A stretch of DNA of 63,259 bases, counting the filler, from Octopus bimaculoides (lineage: Eukaryota), in the NCBI RefSeq assembly GCF_001194135.2. It is 5 parts of 5 records of this genome, joined end to end, with 100 filler letters (N's around TTAATTAATTAA, not from the genome) between each part and the next. Parts side by side here need not be neighbours in the genome. Positions count along the whole stretch, not along the records: positions 28,813 to 49,722 come from NC_068989.1; 4 more parts are not named here. One strand, 5' to 3'. Position 1 is the first letter of the stretch, and each line of letters opens with the position of its first letter. Under the pieces are notes generated by a model. The model ran no database searches, had not been told where the DNA came from, and saw nothing but the letters and a program-made list of their open reading frames with translations. Of this stretch, positions 35,730 through 48,550 are shown piece by piece. A program made the translations under genes and the position numbers.

Positions 35730-38700
35730 TTGCTGACCTTCTCTTTGTGGCTGGTGACTTCAATGGACATGTTGGACAACATACAGGGGTCTTCCATGGT
35801 GTACATGGAGGCTATGGTTTTGGCTCCCGCAATGAGGAGGGAACCAGGCTGCTGGAGTTCTGTGATGCAAATGACATTATGGTTTGCAATACTAACTTCA
35901 GGAAACCTGCCAGTCACCTAGTCACCTACCGTTCTGGCAGATACACTAGCCAAATTGACTACATCCTCGCCAGGAAAAGGGAAAGATGGCTGCTTATAAA
36001 TGCCAAAACCTTCCCAGGCGAAGAACGTACCCCACAACATAGACTAGTAGTTAGTGACTTCAGGATCAGGGCTAAGTGGCTGCCCAGAAGACGACCAGCT
36101 TGGAGGAGAAGGGTATGGAAGCTCAAAGATCCTGCGAATGGACTGAGATTTAGAGACTTATTACTCAAAGCCTTTGATGAAATAGAAGGGGATTTAGCTT
36201 CACACGATGTAGAAGACAACTGGAGGTTTCTACGGGACAACCTGTTGAGGGCCACTGACCAGATCTGTGGATGGTGCAAAGTCCCCCTCAACCCAAAATA
36301 ACGTGGTGGTGGAACAATGTTGTTGACAGGGCTATTAGACAAAAGAAACAGGCTTGGAAGGACTGGAAGAACGGTGGTAGCAGGGAATTGTATCAGACTG
36401 CCAGAAGGGAAGCTAGGAGACAGGTTTTTTAGCCAGAGGGGAAGCAGATAAGAAAAAATTTGCCAATGTCCTGCGCCGTGAGGACCAAAGACTTGAGGTA
36501 TTTCGTGTTGCAAGACAATGTGTGAGAGAATCGTGATGTCGTGGGAGAGAAATGTGTTCGCATGGATAAACGAGGCTGCAAAGAAAGAGGTTTGGAGACA
36601 CCACTACGAAAGGTTGCTCAATAAAGAGAATGAAGGGGAGAAAGAGAGTCTGCCGAATGTTGATCCAACAGAGGGACCAGCTATCCGAGTTGACAGTACC
36701 ATGGTAGGTAAAGCAATTAAGAGTATGAAGACAAAGAAAGCCCCCGGCCCATCACTGCAGAGATGCTCAAAATATCTGGCAGTGTTGGCTACAGCCTAGT
36801 CACCCGTATTGTTAACCAGGTGATACACAAAGGAGTCATACCCGATGACTGGTGTAGCAGCACCATAGTCAACTGCTACAAAGGCAAAGGTGACACTTTA
36901 GATATAAATAATTACAGAGGTATCAAGTTGTTAGATCAGGTAATGAAAGTCACGGAGAGGGTCATAGCCCAACTAATTAGGGAGCGAATCAATTTAGATG
37001 AGATGCAGTTTGGGTTCGTGCCAGGAAAAAGCACCACTGATGCTATATTTCCGGTAAGACAGCTGCAGGAGAAATACCTAGCCAAAGATAANNNNNNNNN
37101 NNNNNNNNNNNNNNNNNNNNNNNNNNNNNNNNNNNNNNNNNNNNNNNNNNNNNNNNNNNNNNNNNNNNNNNNNNNNNNNNNNNNNNNNNNNNNNNNNNNN
37201 NNNNNNNNNNNNNNNNNNNNNNNNNNNNNNNNNNNNNNNNNNNNNNNNNNNNNNNNNNNNNNNNNNNNNNNNNNNNNNNNNNNNNNNNNNNNNNNNNNNN
37301 NNNNNNNNNNNNNNNNNNNNNNNNNNNNNNNNNNNNNNNNNNNNNNNNNNNNNNNNNNNNNNNNNNNNNNNNNNNNNNNNNNNNNNNNNNNNNNNNNNNN
37401 NNNNNNNNNNNNNNNNNNNNNNNNNNNNNNNNNNNNNNNNNNNNNNNNNNNNNNNNNNNNNNNNNNNNNNNNNNNNNNNNNNNNNNNNNNNNNNNNNNNN
37501 NNNNNNNNNNNNNNNNNNNNNNNNNNNNNNNNNNNNNNNNNNNNNNNNNNNNNNNNNNNNNNNNNNNNNNNNNNNNNNNNNNNNNNNNNNNNNNNNNNNN
37601 NNNNNNNNNNNNNNNNNNNNNNNNNNNNNNNNNNNNNNNNNNNNNNNNNNNNNNNNNNNNNNNNNNNNNNNNNNNNNNNNNNNNNNNNNNNNNNNNNNNN
37701 NNNNNNNNNNNNNNNNNNNNNNNNNNNNNNNNNNNNNNNNNNNNNNNNNNNNNNNNNNNNNNNNNNNNNNNNNNNNNNNNNNNNNNNNNNNNNNNNNNNN
37801 NNNNNNNNNNNNNNNNNNNNNNNNNNNNNNNNNNNNNNNNNNNNNNNNNNNNNNNNNNNNNNNNNNNNNNNNNNNNNNNNNNNNNNNNNNNNNNNNNNNN
37901 NNNNNNNNNNNNNNNNNNNNNNNNNNNNNNNNNNNNNNNNNNNNNNNNNNNNNNNNNNNNNNNNNNNNNNNNNNNNNNNNNNNNNNNNNNNNNNNNNNNN
38001 NNNNNNNNNNNNNNNNNNNNNNNNNNNNNNNNNNNNNNNNNNNNNNNNNNNNNNNNNNNNNNNNNNNNNNNNNNGCGCTGGTATGGTCATGTGGCGAGAA
38101 TGGATGAGGATAGCTGTGTGAAAATGTGTCACACCCTAGCGGTTGAGGGAACCTGTGGAAGAGGTAGATCCAGGAAGACCTGGGATGAGGTGGTGAAGCA
38201 CGACCTTCGAACATTAGGCCTCACTGGGGCAATGACTTGTAACTAAGACCTTTGGAAATATGCAGTGCGTGAGAAGACCCAGCAAGCCAAGTGAGACCAT
38301 AATCCAAGGCCTCTGCCAGGGGTGTAGCCAGCCCACTTATGCATACCTTTCCTTCATTGGACACTAAACTCTGCTTGTGAAGACCTGTCGAGGCAAGTTA
38401 AATCGAAATCGAACTAAATTCGACGATTGGCACCCATGCCAACGTCTCTTCATTGAACACGAAACTCGGCTTGCGAAGACCTGTTGGGAGAAGTGAAAGC
38501 GAAATTGTGATGGCACCTGTATCAGTAGAGCACTAAGAGCACCGTCCGAGCATAATTGTAGCCAGAGCAGCTGTCTGGCTTCCATGCCAGTGGCACGTAA
38601 GTAGCACCATTAGAGCGTAATTGTTACCAGCGTCGCCCTCCTGGCACTTGTGTCGGTGGCACGTGAAAAGACATTCGAGCGAGCTCATTACCAGTGTCGC

Positions 38701-38971
38701 CGGACTGGCTCCTGTGCAGGTGGCACATAAAATACACCATTTTGAGTGTGGCCATTGCCAGTACCGCCTGACTGGACTTCGTGCCGGTAGCACGTAAAAG
38801 CACCCACTTCACTCTCGGAGTGATTGGCGTTAGGAAGGGCATCCAACTGTAGAAACTCTGCCAAATCAGATTGGAGCCTGGCTTAGCCATCTGGTTTTCA
38901 CCAGTCCTCAGTCAAATCGTCCAACCCATGCTAGCATGGAAAGCGGACATTAAACGATGATGATGATGATG
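35730..38971 (+). mobile_element. 5'-truncated RTE-clade LINE (APE endonuclease, RT, long repetitive 3' UTR, (GAT)n tail); ~1 kb gap in the RT
   Basis: VAGDFNGHVG, SQIDYIL, QHRLVVSD (APE); NYRGIKLL, QFGFVPGKSTTDAIF (RT); GRGRSRKTW C-terminus; (GAT)n at 38956-38971. Confidence 0.92.
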
Positions 38972-39015
38972 TGAGCAACTTATTCTTCTTAATAGAATAA
39001 GATGTCGATTAAATA

Positions 39016-39107
39016 TATGTTAACCTACAGATTAATAAAATAACTGGAGATTATGATTTAATATAGTCATAATCTCCAGTTATTTTATTGAACTGTAGGT
39101 TAACATA
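39016..39107. repeat. 92-bp near-perfect hairpin (41-bp stem, ~10-nt loop)
   Basis: tatgttaacctacagattaataaaataactggagattatga pairs with tcataatctccagttattttattgaactgtaggttaacata, with 2 mismatches. Confidence 0.87.
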
Positions 39108-40194
39108 ATTGGTAGGGCATCAAACATAATATACTGTATCTATGTTAGAATCAATATTGTTCATATAGATTTGTAGAATCAGAAAAACATTTTGAATTTA
39201 GATTTCTAACATTAAATTCTAAGTTTGAATATTATCAAGGTGGACTTTGCTTTTCATTCTGCTGAGCTTAATAAAATAAAATATCCAGCCAAGTATTATG
39301 GTAGATAAGAGTGACTCTTCCCTTTTCACATGTGTCATCTTGTATATACATTAGAAATCAATGAAGTACTGGGTTACATATAATTGATTAATCCCCAACT
39401 GCCACCACCACATGTGTCTGAGAAGTCAATATTATTTTATTCTTATTTTTTATGATTATTTTCTATAAGTTATTTCATTTTTGTACCTGGTCTGCAAGAT
39501 TCTTTATGACTCTTGCTAGACACGGCACAACAAAATTTCTATATGTTGTTATATAAATGACAAAAAATAAAGTTCACAAAACAGCTGAGATCTTAGTTCT
39601 CCTCAACATAGCATATTCTACTCAGTTGGCAAGAATAAAAGTGGTCTCTCTCTCTCTCTATATATATACATATATATATATATATANNNNNNNNNNNNNN
39701 NNNNNNNNNNNNNNNNNNNNNNNNNNNNNNNNNNNNNNNNNNNNNNNNNNNNNNNNNNNNNNNNNNNNNNNNNNNNNNNNNNNNNNNNNNNNNNNNNNNN
39801 NNNNNNNNNNNNNNNNNNNNNNNNNNNNNNNNNNNNNNNNNNNNNNNNNNNNNNNNNNNNNNNNNNNNNNNNNNNNNNNNNNNNNNNNNNNNNNNNNNNN
39901 NNNNNNNNNNNNNNNNNNNNNNNNNNNNNNNNNNNNNNNNNNNNNNNNNNNNNNNNNNNNNNNNNNNNNNNNNNNNNNNNNNNNNNNNNNNNNNNNNNNN
40001 NNNNNNNNNNNNNNNNNNNNNNNNNNNNNNNNNNNNNNNNNNNNNNNNNNNNNNNNNNNNNNNNNNNNNNNNNNNNNNNNNGAACGCTGTGAGGCACGAA
40101 CTTGAAAGTAGGGACGAAATGGTTCGTGTGTTTGCTCGGCGACAGCCAAGGAAGAAAAGGATTATTGACCGGAAGCATGTGACCATGCCGGTGT

Positions 40195-40470
40195 AAGGGG
40201 AAGAGAGAGAGTGGCAGAGGGAGAAACAAAGGGAGAAAGTAGAAGAATAGGTGAGCAACGAGAGGAAAAGAGAAAGAGAGGAAGTACGAGGGGGAAAAAA
40301 GAGATACGTAGTAGTAACAGAGGAAGAACGAGAGGGGTAAAGCGAGATACATAGTAGTAAAGAGGAAGAACAGGGGGAAGAGAGAGAGTGGTAGAGGGAG
40401 AAACAAAGGGAGGAAGTAGAGGAATAGGTGAGCAACGAAAGGAAAAGAGAAAGAGAAGAAGTACGAGACA
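40195..40470 (+). repeat. Purine-strand tandem duplication, period ~177 bp
   Basis: ggggaagagagagagtgg(c/t)agagggagaaacaaaggga...gaataggtgagcaacga...gaagtacgag occurs at ~40197 and ~40374. Confidence 0.75.
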
Positions 40471-41899
40471 CGTGTATAAGGGATGACCACTAGGTGGACA
40501 TCCAATATGCTAGAAAGAGGTCATCAATGACCCAACCACAAAGAAAAATAATGTTCTCCAGAAAAAACTTCGCAAAACACCAGAACAAGACAAAATGAGA
40601 AATATACAGAATAAAGAATTAGTTGTGTACAATGGTTTTGAACATTAATGTTTTACTTACGTAACAACATCCGAGTTCTCATCAGCACAACCATTATAGA
40701 ATCAATATAATTTGCAGAACTATACACAAATTGTCCTCATGAAATAAGACTTGCATACAGTTCTACCGATTACATTGGGGTTAATTTTCAAAATACCTCA
40801 GCTCTGGCGCGCCAAATTCCGGAAACAATTCTGCAGAGAATAATTCACTGCAGTATATGTTGCCAGCTGGAGAACATAACTATTTAAATTATTATTTATA
40901 TAACTATTTAAATTATTATTTATATTGGTGCAATATCTCCCAAACTAATCTTCCTCTTTATAACTAGCAACATATATCAACTTCCATTAATTATGATAAT
41001 TTTTCTCGGTGATCCTATGTAAGTAAACAGCTAACACTGCAGTGACTAACTTTCCATTTAATGACCACAAAATACATAAACTTTCAACAGTTGCTAGTTC
41101 TTTATAAAGTTCAAGGTCCAAAATGCTGTACTACTTCCATATTTTGGATAACTTCTACTACACAGTCTGTCATCTCTCACCAGAATGTCAACCCTCTGGA
41201 AATATGTTGCCATCTACAGATTTTCACAAATGATATTTATATGTATGCAAGCTGAACATCATTTGCAATAATCTCGTGAGTGTAAGAGAGTTTTATAAAG
41301 TCATGGACATTGATCTTACCTTCCGATGAAAACATAAATACTTCTAATAACAGAGAAAAATCTACAATAAACTACCAGGGTAGCTAATTCTTGTGTGTGT
41401 TTGTGTGAGAGAGAGAGTGAGAGAGAAGACTGTGTGTGTATCTGAAATGAGAAAAATAAAGTGTGTTTATAAAAAAGAGAAAGAGAGGAAGATGGTAGAA
41501 GGAGAGAGACTGTGTGAGAAATGTAAATTAGTGTAAAGAGTAAACAGTTTTGAATGGTACAACAATGCACTATAATAAATTAGTGTGTTTATAAAAGAGA
41601 AATAAAGTATGTGTGTGGTGTATATAAGAGTGAGAGAAAAATGTGTATATGTGTTAACTTTGTGTGTGTGTAAATGTATATGATTGATAATTCTCAATTT
41701 TGGATTAGTCTTGAATATAAAGTATGTTGAGAAAGAATCATAGAAAAGTTATTTCCAGTTATAGAATAGAATGTATTGAAGAAAGTTCTCCCCTTCTCAC
41801 ACCAGTTATACCTACTAGCATGTACAACAGCAATGTAAGTTCACCAGTCCAGCCTATTTTGACTAATTTCAGAAGGATTCCTCGGTGTGGCTCATAGTC

Positions 41900-42420
41900 A
41901 TGAGCTTCTTTTCCACTACTCAATGACAAATGTTCGACTTCTCTACCTTATTTCTGGTGTCCTGTAAAAAGTAGCCCTGGTGATGTTGTCATGATCTCTT
42001 CAGATGACATATCCAATCACTTTTCATCTCCTTATAGCAGTGGTATCCTTGTTCTCTTATCTGCACTAGGTAAGTAATTATTGTTTAGGGATGATACTGA
42101 ACCAGAAAACCCATAATCTTTAGAATGTTGAAACTTTGGTAAGTTTATTGTCATACTCTATATTCTGCACCACAAAGGAATGTGGATGAGATACAGTGGT
42201 CTCCGTTTGTTGTTGGCAAAGTACTGAGTGGACCACTATATATTGTAAAACATTTTTATGAGTGTTTTGTTTTTTTCTTTTAATGGGTTGGTTCCTGACC
42301 CTTCGATATCATACTACTCAAATAAGTGAATTCTTCTGTTGTGAGTAAATCTACTTTAGTTACTAGAGCCAATAAAGGGTTTAGGAGGTTTTCCTCTGGA
42401 TAATCTTCAAACTTTAATTT
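41900..42420 (-). mobile_element. Highly decayed RTE-like LINE fragment
   Basis: Minus-strand remnants EEFTYLSSMIS and STFLCGAE. Confidence 0.38.
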
Positions 42421-42849
42421 CTGTGTAGAAAGCTGAACTACAGAAAGTCCTTAGGACTTTCTCTTGATTGGTTTTCATCTATTTGCTGCATCATCCAGTC
42501 TATGGTCATGACAAAGAGCAATGCTGATGTAATGCATTCTTAACATATGATGTATTCACTTTGAAACTGTGATTAAGGTTCCCAGCATCATGTGTGAAAT
42601 TGGTGAAAAAGAGCTTGATGAAAAGCTTTTTGTGGGTTTCATGTGTTGAACATACAACACATTATATTCCAGTGGCTTTCTGAAAGTCTATGAAGTTGAA
42701 GTAAAGTTCTCTGCTATCCTGTGCATGGCTTGATATTGCATAGTATGAATATCTGACCAGCATATCCTTTTCCTTGAAAAGCCTGTCAACTCCATCTGAG
42801 ATTTGTAGGATGAGTTCAGCTACTTTTAAGAAAAAATGATTTGCCACAG

Positions 42850-43560
42850 GTATCTATATGATATGATTTCTCTTTGTATGAATGCATCTGTGACCTCAAA
42901 AGAACAAAAATAAATAAAGAACAAAGAGTTTACTGACAAAGCTGGTCATAAAATTTCCAAGAGAATTTTCTAGAAAGATATATTACTGAACAAAAACAGC
43001 ATCAAGAACAAAATTAAATGGAACAAGAATCAATTATTGTCCAATTTGTTTCTGAAGACCTAGATGCTCCTGAAAACTTTCTCTGCTTTTGTAAGCCTTC
43101 TGACTGTGCTCTTCAGAGACACTAACTAAAGTTATTCTGGATGTTTTTGCCACCTAAACATTTTGCTGGGCTTATTATTATGCTGCTTTTCCTTTGATGG
43201 CACAGGTACCACAAGCAGGAACATTTCGGGTGTATAAAAGAGATTAAAAGACATGCTTTTTGATACATATTTTGTGCACTATAGAGACCACTTTCTGGAT
43301 TTTATCTCCTAAGAAGTTGGCTCTATGGTTGCCATTGTTGTTAATGCACTGAACTTTTTTCACCAATGCACTATTCTTCTGAAAGAATCACCAAACAGAA
43401 AAGTGCTATGGACAAGACTTTGTGGGAAGATTATCATCATGCTGCAAATTGTGTGTCCAATGTGTTGGTGCATTAAAGCAACAGTACTAAAACAGGCTGA
43501 AAGCAACAATAAAAATATTCAAGATCTCTTGCTGGAGCTTCTGAATGACATATCGCTAAG
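42850..43560 (+). mobile_element. Decayed hAT-superfamily transposase fragment
   Basis: Remnants ENFL, SETLTKVILDVF, SFDGTGTTSRNISGV and YFVHYRDH correspond to the hAT DG-x3-M-x-G and CxxH region. Confidence 0.58.
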
Positions 43561-43969
43561 AGCAACAAGAAAGACTACTGTCAAAGGACTGCTGAAACAA
43601 TCAGGCAAATCTTCCACTTTGTTTGGTATTAAGGTTGCTTGGAAAGTATTTGGAGTGGCATGTAGCTTACAGCATCCTGGTACAACAGCTGATGACTGCT
43701 TGAAGCTGATTGCGGTTACATTACGAATCAGGCTGAAGAGGAATAGACAATCGGTAAGATTCGTTAAATCCGAAACCGGTACCTGTTTAATAATGTGTTT
43801 CTTTTAGGTGATTTTAAATGTCTTGCCCGCTTACGTTTTGGTATGCTGCTATATTTCATGTTGAGAACAATTTAGGTCTCAATAGACACAAGATGTGATC
43901 TATTTCTAGCACATTAATTGTCCACGTTAGTGGTCAACGTTATATATAAAAATATATATGTATATATAT

Positions 43970-44192
43970 ATATGTATGTGTTTGTGTGTCTGTGTTTGTC
44001 CCCCCAACATCGCTTGACAAGCGATGCTGGTGTGTTTATGTCCCCGTAACTTAGTGGTTCAGCAAAAGAGACCGATAGAATAAGTACTAGGCTTCTAAAG
44101 AATAAGTCCTGGGGTCGATTTGCTCGACTAAAGGTGGTGCTCCAGCATGGCCACAGTCAAAAGACTGAAACAATTAAAAGAGTAAAAGAGTA
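43970..44192 (+). mobile_element. 3' part of a family A SINE
   Basis: Aligns to 8654-8865 and 30990-31200. Confidence 0.82.
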
Positions 44193-44446
44193 TATGTATA
44201 TTTATGTGTATATATGTGTATATATGTATGTATATATGTATATGTATGTATATATGAATGTATATGTATATATGTATATGTATGTATGTATGTATATATA
44301 TGTATATATATATATATATGTACATGTATGTATATGTATGTATGTATATGTATGTACATATATGCATGTATAAATATGTATATATATGTATGTATATATA
44401 TATATATATGTATATATATGTATGTATATATATCTATGTATATATA

Positions 44447-45240
44447 TTAGGTCATCAAGTATGAAATTTGTAGAAAAGAAAAACAGTTTATGTTTTATAA
44501 ATACAAGGAATAGTTTTATTCGCCCATATTGTCAATGCACTTTTGTCATTTCAGCTGTGGTTTGTCCAGCCTGGAACTGTAAAAGCTTGGCAACTAGAGT
44601 CAAGGAAATCTTGGAAGACCTGTTTTACAGCATTGTCGCAATTAAATTTTTTTCCTATCAAAAAGTTATCCAAATTCAGGAAGAAGTGGTTGTCAGTGGG
44701 GGCAAGATCAGGTGAGTATGGTTGATGACAGAGAACTTCCAACTCCAACACCTGTACTTTCACCAATGTCATTTTTGAGATGTGTGCTCTGGTGTTTCTT
44801 GCAATAAAGTATGAGTGGATCAGTTGACTAATCTAGGCTGTTTTTTAGTAAGTTTCTGCATCATTTGGTCCTGTTGGCTGCAGTATACTTTAGCTGTGAT
44901 TGATGAGCCAGGTTTAATGAAATCATAATGGATTACACCTACGCCAGACCACCAAACACACACCATCAGCTTTCTTTGATATATTTTGCTTTTTGGACTG
45001 TGTTTTGGTGGCTCGTCTTTGTCCAACCATTGTGCTGAACATTTATGGTTGTTGTATTGGATCTATTTGTTATCACATTACAATTCGATTCAAAAATGAT
45101 TCATTTTTGTGATGAGAAAGTAGCATAATGCAGGCTACCAAGTGTTGCTGTTTCTGATCTTCATTGAGTTCATGTGGAACTCACTTATCCAACTTTTTCA
45201 CTTTACCGATTTGAACTAGGTAAGTCAATATTGTTTTCTG
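44447..45240 (-). mobile_element. Second copy of the same mariner family, 5'-truncated
   Basis: TIR ttaggtcatcaagtatgaaattt after (TA)n. HQPYSPDLAPTDNHFF and MDKDEPPKHSPKSK are collinear with 15756-16560. Confidence 0.88.
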
Positions 45241-46089
45241 CCTAATTTGTGATTTCAAAAGGATTATATTTTCCTCAAAGTTATGAGGGAGAAACTCAGA
45301 TCTTGTGAATCTTGAGAATTTTCCGAAGTCCTTTCCCTCCCCACACCATTACTTTCAGCGCATTTTTGTTTTCAAATTCGTTTCCTACGTTATCCATTTT
45401 CCTCAAAGTCAAGAGGGAAAACATGAAATCTTGTAAATTTNNNNNNNNNNNNNNNNNNNNNNNNNNNNNNNNNNNNNNNNNNNNNNNNNNNNNNNNNNNN
45501 NNNNNNNNNNNNNNNNNNNNNNNNNNNNNNNNNNNNNNNNNNNNNNNNNNNNNNNNNNNNNNNNNNNNNNNNNNNNNNNNNNNNNNNNNNNNNNNNNNNN
45601 NNNNNNNNNNNNNNNNNNNNNNNNNNNNNNNNNNNNNNNNNNNNNNNNNNNNNNNNNNNNNNNNNNNNNNNNNNNNNNNNNNNNNNNNNNNNNNNNNNNN
45701 NNNNNNNNNNNNNNNNNNNNNNNNNNNNNNNNNNNNNNNNNNNNNNNNNNNNNNNNNNNNNNNNNNNNNNNNNNNNNNNNNNNNNNNNNNNNNNNNNNNN
45801 NNNNNNNNNNNNNNNNNNNNNNNNNNNNNNNNNNNNNNNNNNNNNNNNNNNNNNNNNNNNNNNNNNNNNNNNNNNNNNNNNNNNNNNNNNNNNNNNNNNN
45901 NNNNNNNNNNNNNNNNNNNNNNNNNNNNNNNNNNNNNNNNNNNNNNNNNNNNNNNNNNNNNNNNNNNNNNNNNNNNNNNNNNNNNNNNNNNNNNNNNNNN
46001 NNNNNNNNNNNNNNNNNNNNNNNNNNNNNNNNNNNNNNNNNNNNNNNNNNNNNNNNNNNNNNNNNNNNNNNNNNNNNNNNNNNNNNNNN

Positions 46090-46830
46090 TAATGACCACC
46101 TCAAGAACCCAGTTTCCACAAAATCTCTTTGCCGGGAGCTGCACAAAGCTGGATTTCATGGGAGGGCTCCAATCAGAAAAACACTACTTTCAAAAATAAA
46201 CGTTGCAAAGCGTTTAGAGTGGAGTAAAAACCTACAGAATTGGTCCCTAGAGCAGTGGAAGAATGTTATTTTCTCAGACAAGTCATCCTTTACCTTATTT
46301 CCAACCACTGGCTGAGTATATGTGTGGAGACAGCCAAAAGAAGCATTTGACCCAGACTGCCTTCTTCCAACTATTAAACATGGAGGAGGATCTGTGATGA
46401 TGGGGAGGGTAACTATATCTTGGAAATCTGCTGGCCCAATGGTGTCCCTTCATGGCAGAATTAATAGTCAAGACTATTTAAGCATTTTATCTTATCAAAT
46501 TTAGCCTATGCTTGCGGAACTGTTTCCGGAGGGAAACACAATCTTTCAGGATAATAATGCACCAATTCACACAGCTAAAGTTGTTACTGAATGGCATGAG
46601 GAATATTCTAGTGAAGTTGAACATCTTATCTGGTCACCACAGTTCCCAGATCTCAATATTATTGAACATTTATGGTGCATTTTAGAAAAACAAGTAAGGA
46701 GTTGATATCCTCCACCATCATCCCTACAAGAACTGGAGACTGTTTTAGCTGAAGAATGGACAAAAATTCGTTTGGAAACAATTAAAACTTTGTACGAGTC
46801 CATATCTCGTAGAATTCAAGCTGTAATTAC
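46090..46830 (+). mobile_element. Tc1-like transposase catalytic region (DD34E type), degenerate
   Basis: VIFSDKS, TIKHGGGSVM, IFQDNNAPIH, WSPQFPDLNIIEHLW. Confidence 0.88.
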
Positions 46831-46978
46831 TAATCACCATAAGGCATTCTTGTGTATAAATATATAGTTTATTCTGTGTTCACTTGTGGTGGGAGCATGT
46901 AGTATGATACAAAAACATGTGTTTACATACAAAAAAAGTTTTGAATTTTGCACTGAAAGAAGTAACATATAATATTTG

Positions 46979-47402
46979 GGTAATCTTCCAGTTTCGGGAG
47001 GTAAAAAAAAGTAAATAAAATACAAGGGAAATAACTTAACGTCTTACTAGTATTATCCGTACTACTCTGAAATGTTTTTTTTTTTTTAGCTGTTTATAAA
47101 TAAAATCACACACGTGATTGAAGTTAAATGTTTATATATAAATCACACACGAGATTGAATATCATAGTACCGGCTGCACAACAACTTATGGTAATCTTCC
47201 AGTATAGGGAAATAACAGTCAAACTAAAGCGTTTGACCCGAGCTCAAAAATAAAAAAAATAAATTAGTGTAATAGGTGTAAAACAACTTGCTGTGAACGA
47301 ATGGGTGGGGTGAGGAGAGTACGGATAATACTAGGAAGACGTTAAGTTATTTCCCTTGTATTCTTATTTACTTTTTTTACCTTCCGAAACTGGAAGATTA
47401 CC
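46979..47402. mobile_element. Merlin-type MITE with ~90-bp TIRs and a perfect 9-bp TSD
   Basis: TIR GGTAATCTTCCAGTTTCGG. TSD TAATATTTG at 46970-46978 and 47403-47411. The TIR tip matches that of the Merlin derivative at 29711. Confidence 0.88.
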
Positions 47403-47821
47403 TAATATTTGTATTACAGTATGTATGCATGTGTGTAATGAGCACAGTCATTTTGAGAATGTGTGTGATAAAATATCTTCATTTACAAACCATATATCTT
47501 ATGTCGAGGTGAATAGACATGTGAGTCACACGTAGGAGATTGCGCGTGTAGCCGAAGAGAAGACGTGTGCCTTTGATTGAAACCTAGCAGAAACTAAGAG
47601 ATTGTACAGTGTAGCTTAGAACGATGCTAATGTCTCAGAATGAGACTACTGTATCAAAGCGAGACTAGTGTATCAAAGCGAGGCTAGATGCCTCATCAAT
47701 ATATTCATCTGCTGTGTAGGTCGACTCACATATTACTATGTAATTTGTAGCTCTGCTACAGTAGGTATGATACATGACAGTTATTTGGTATTTCTGAATG
47801 TACATACACATACATCTTCAC

Positions 47822-48091
47822 CAGCCAGTGCCGCTGGACGAGCTCCTGTGCAGGTGGCACATAAAAAACATCTTTAGAGCATGGCTGCTACCAGTACCTC
47901 CTGACTGGCTCTTGTGCCAGTGGCACATAAAAGCACCCACTACACTCTCGGAGTGGTTGGCGTTAGAAAGGGCATGTAGAAACTCTGCCAGATCAGATTG
48001 GGGCCTGATGCAGGCATCTGGCTCGCCAGTCCTCAGTCAAACTATCCACCCATGCCAGCATGGAAAGCGGACGTTAAACGATGATGGTGAT
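47822..48091 (+). mobile_element. RTE 3'-UTR-only insertion
   Basis: Aligns to 38690-38960 and ends gcatggaaagcggacgttaaacgatgatg. Confidence 0.75.
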
Positions 48092-48196
48092 ATTTATTGG
48101 ATTTCATACTGAGGAAGTCAAAATTTAACTATTAGATATTAAACAGCCAAGTCCTTTAATTTTTTAGTCTTGATTCAAATTTTCATGAGTGGAAGA

Positions 48197-48240
48197 ATCA
48201 TCATCATCATCATCATCATCATCGTTTAGCGTCCGCTTTC
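48197..48240 (-). mobile_element. RTE 3' terminus in reverse orientation, running into a gap
   Basis: (CAT)n followed by cgtttagcgtccgctttc, the reverse complement of the RTE end. Confidence 0.65.
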
Positions 48241-48550
48241 NNNNNNNNNNNNNNNNNNNNNNNNNNNNNNNNNNNNNNNNNNNNNNNNNNNNNNNNNNNN
48301 NNNNNNNNNNNNNNNNNNNNNNNNNNNNNNNNNNNNNNNNNNNNNNNNNNNNNNNNNNNNNNNNNNNNNNNNNNNNNNNNNNNNNNNNNNNNNNNNNNNN
48401 NNNNNNNNNNNNNNNNNNNNNNNNNNNNNNNNNNNNNNNNNNNNNNNNNNNNNNNNNNNNNNNNNNNNNNNNNNNNNNNNNNNNNNNNNNNNNNNNNNNN
48501 NNNNNNNNNNNNNNNNNNNNNNNNNNNNNNNNNNNNNNNNNNNNNNNNNN

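Noticed and set aside
40082-40102. 21-mer identical in inverted orientation at 50982-51002
   Set aside because: Both copies abut gaps, as expected for ends of a collapsed multicopy repeat. It cannot be interpreted as paired TIRs.
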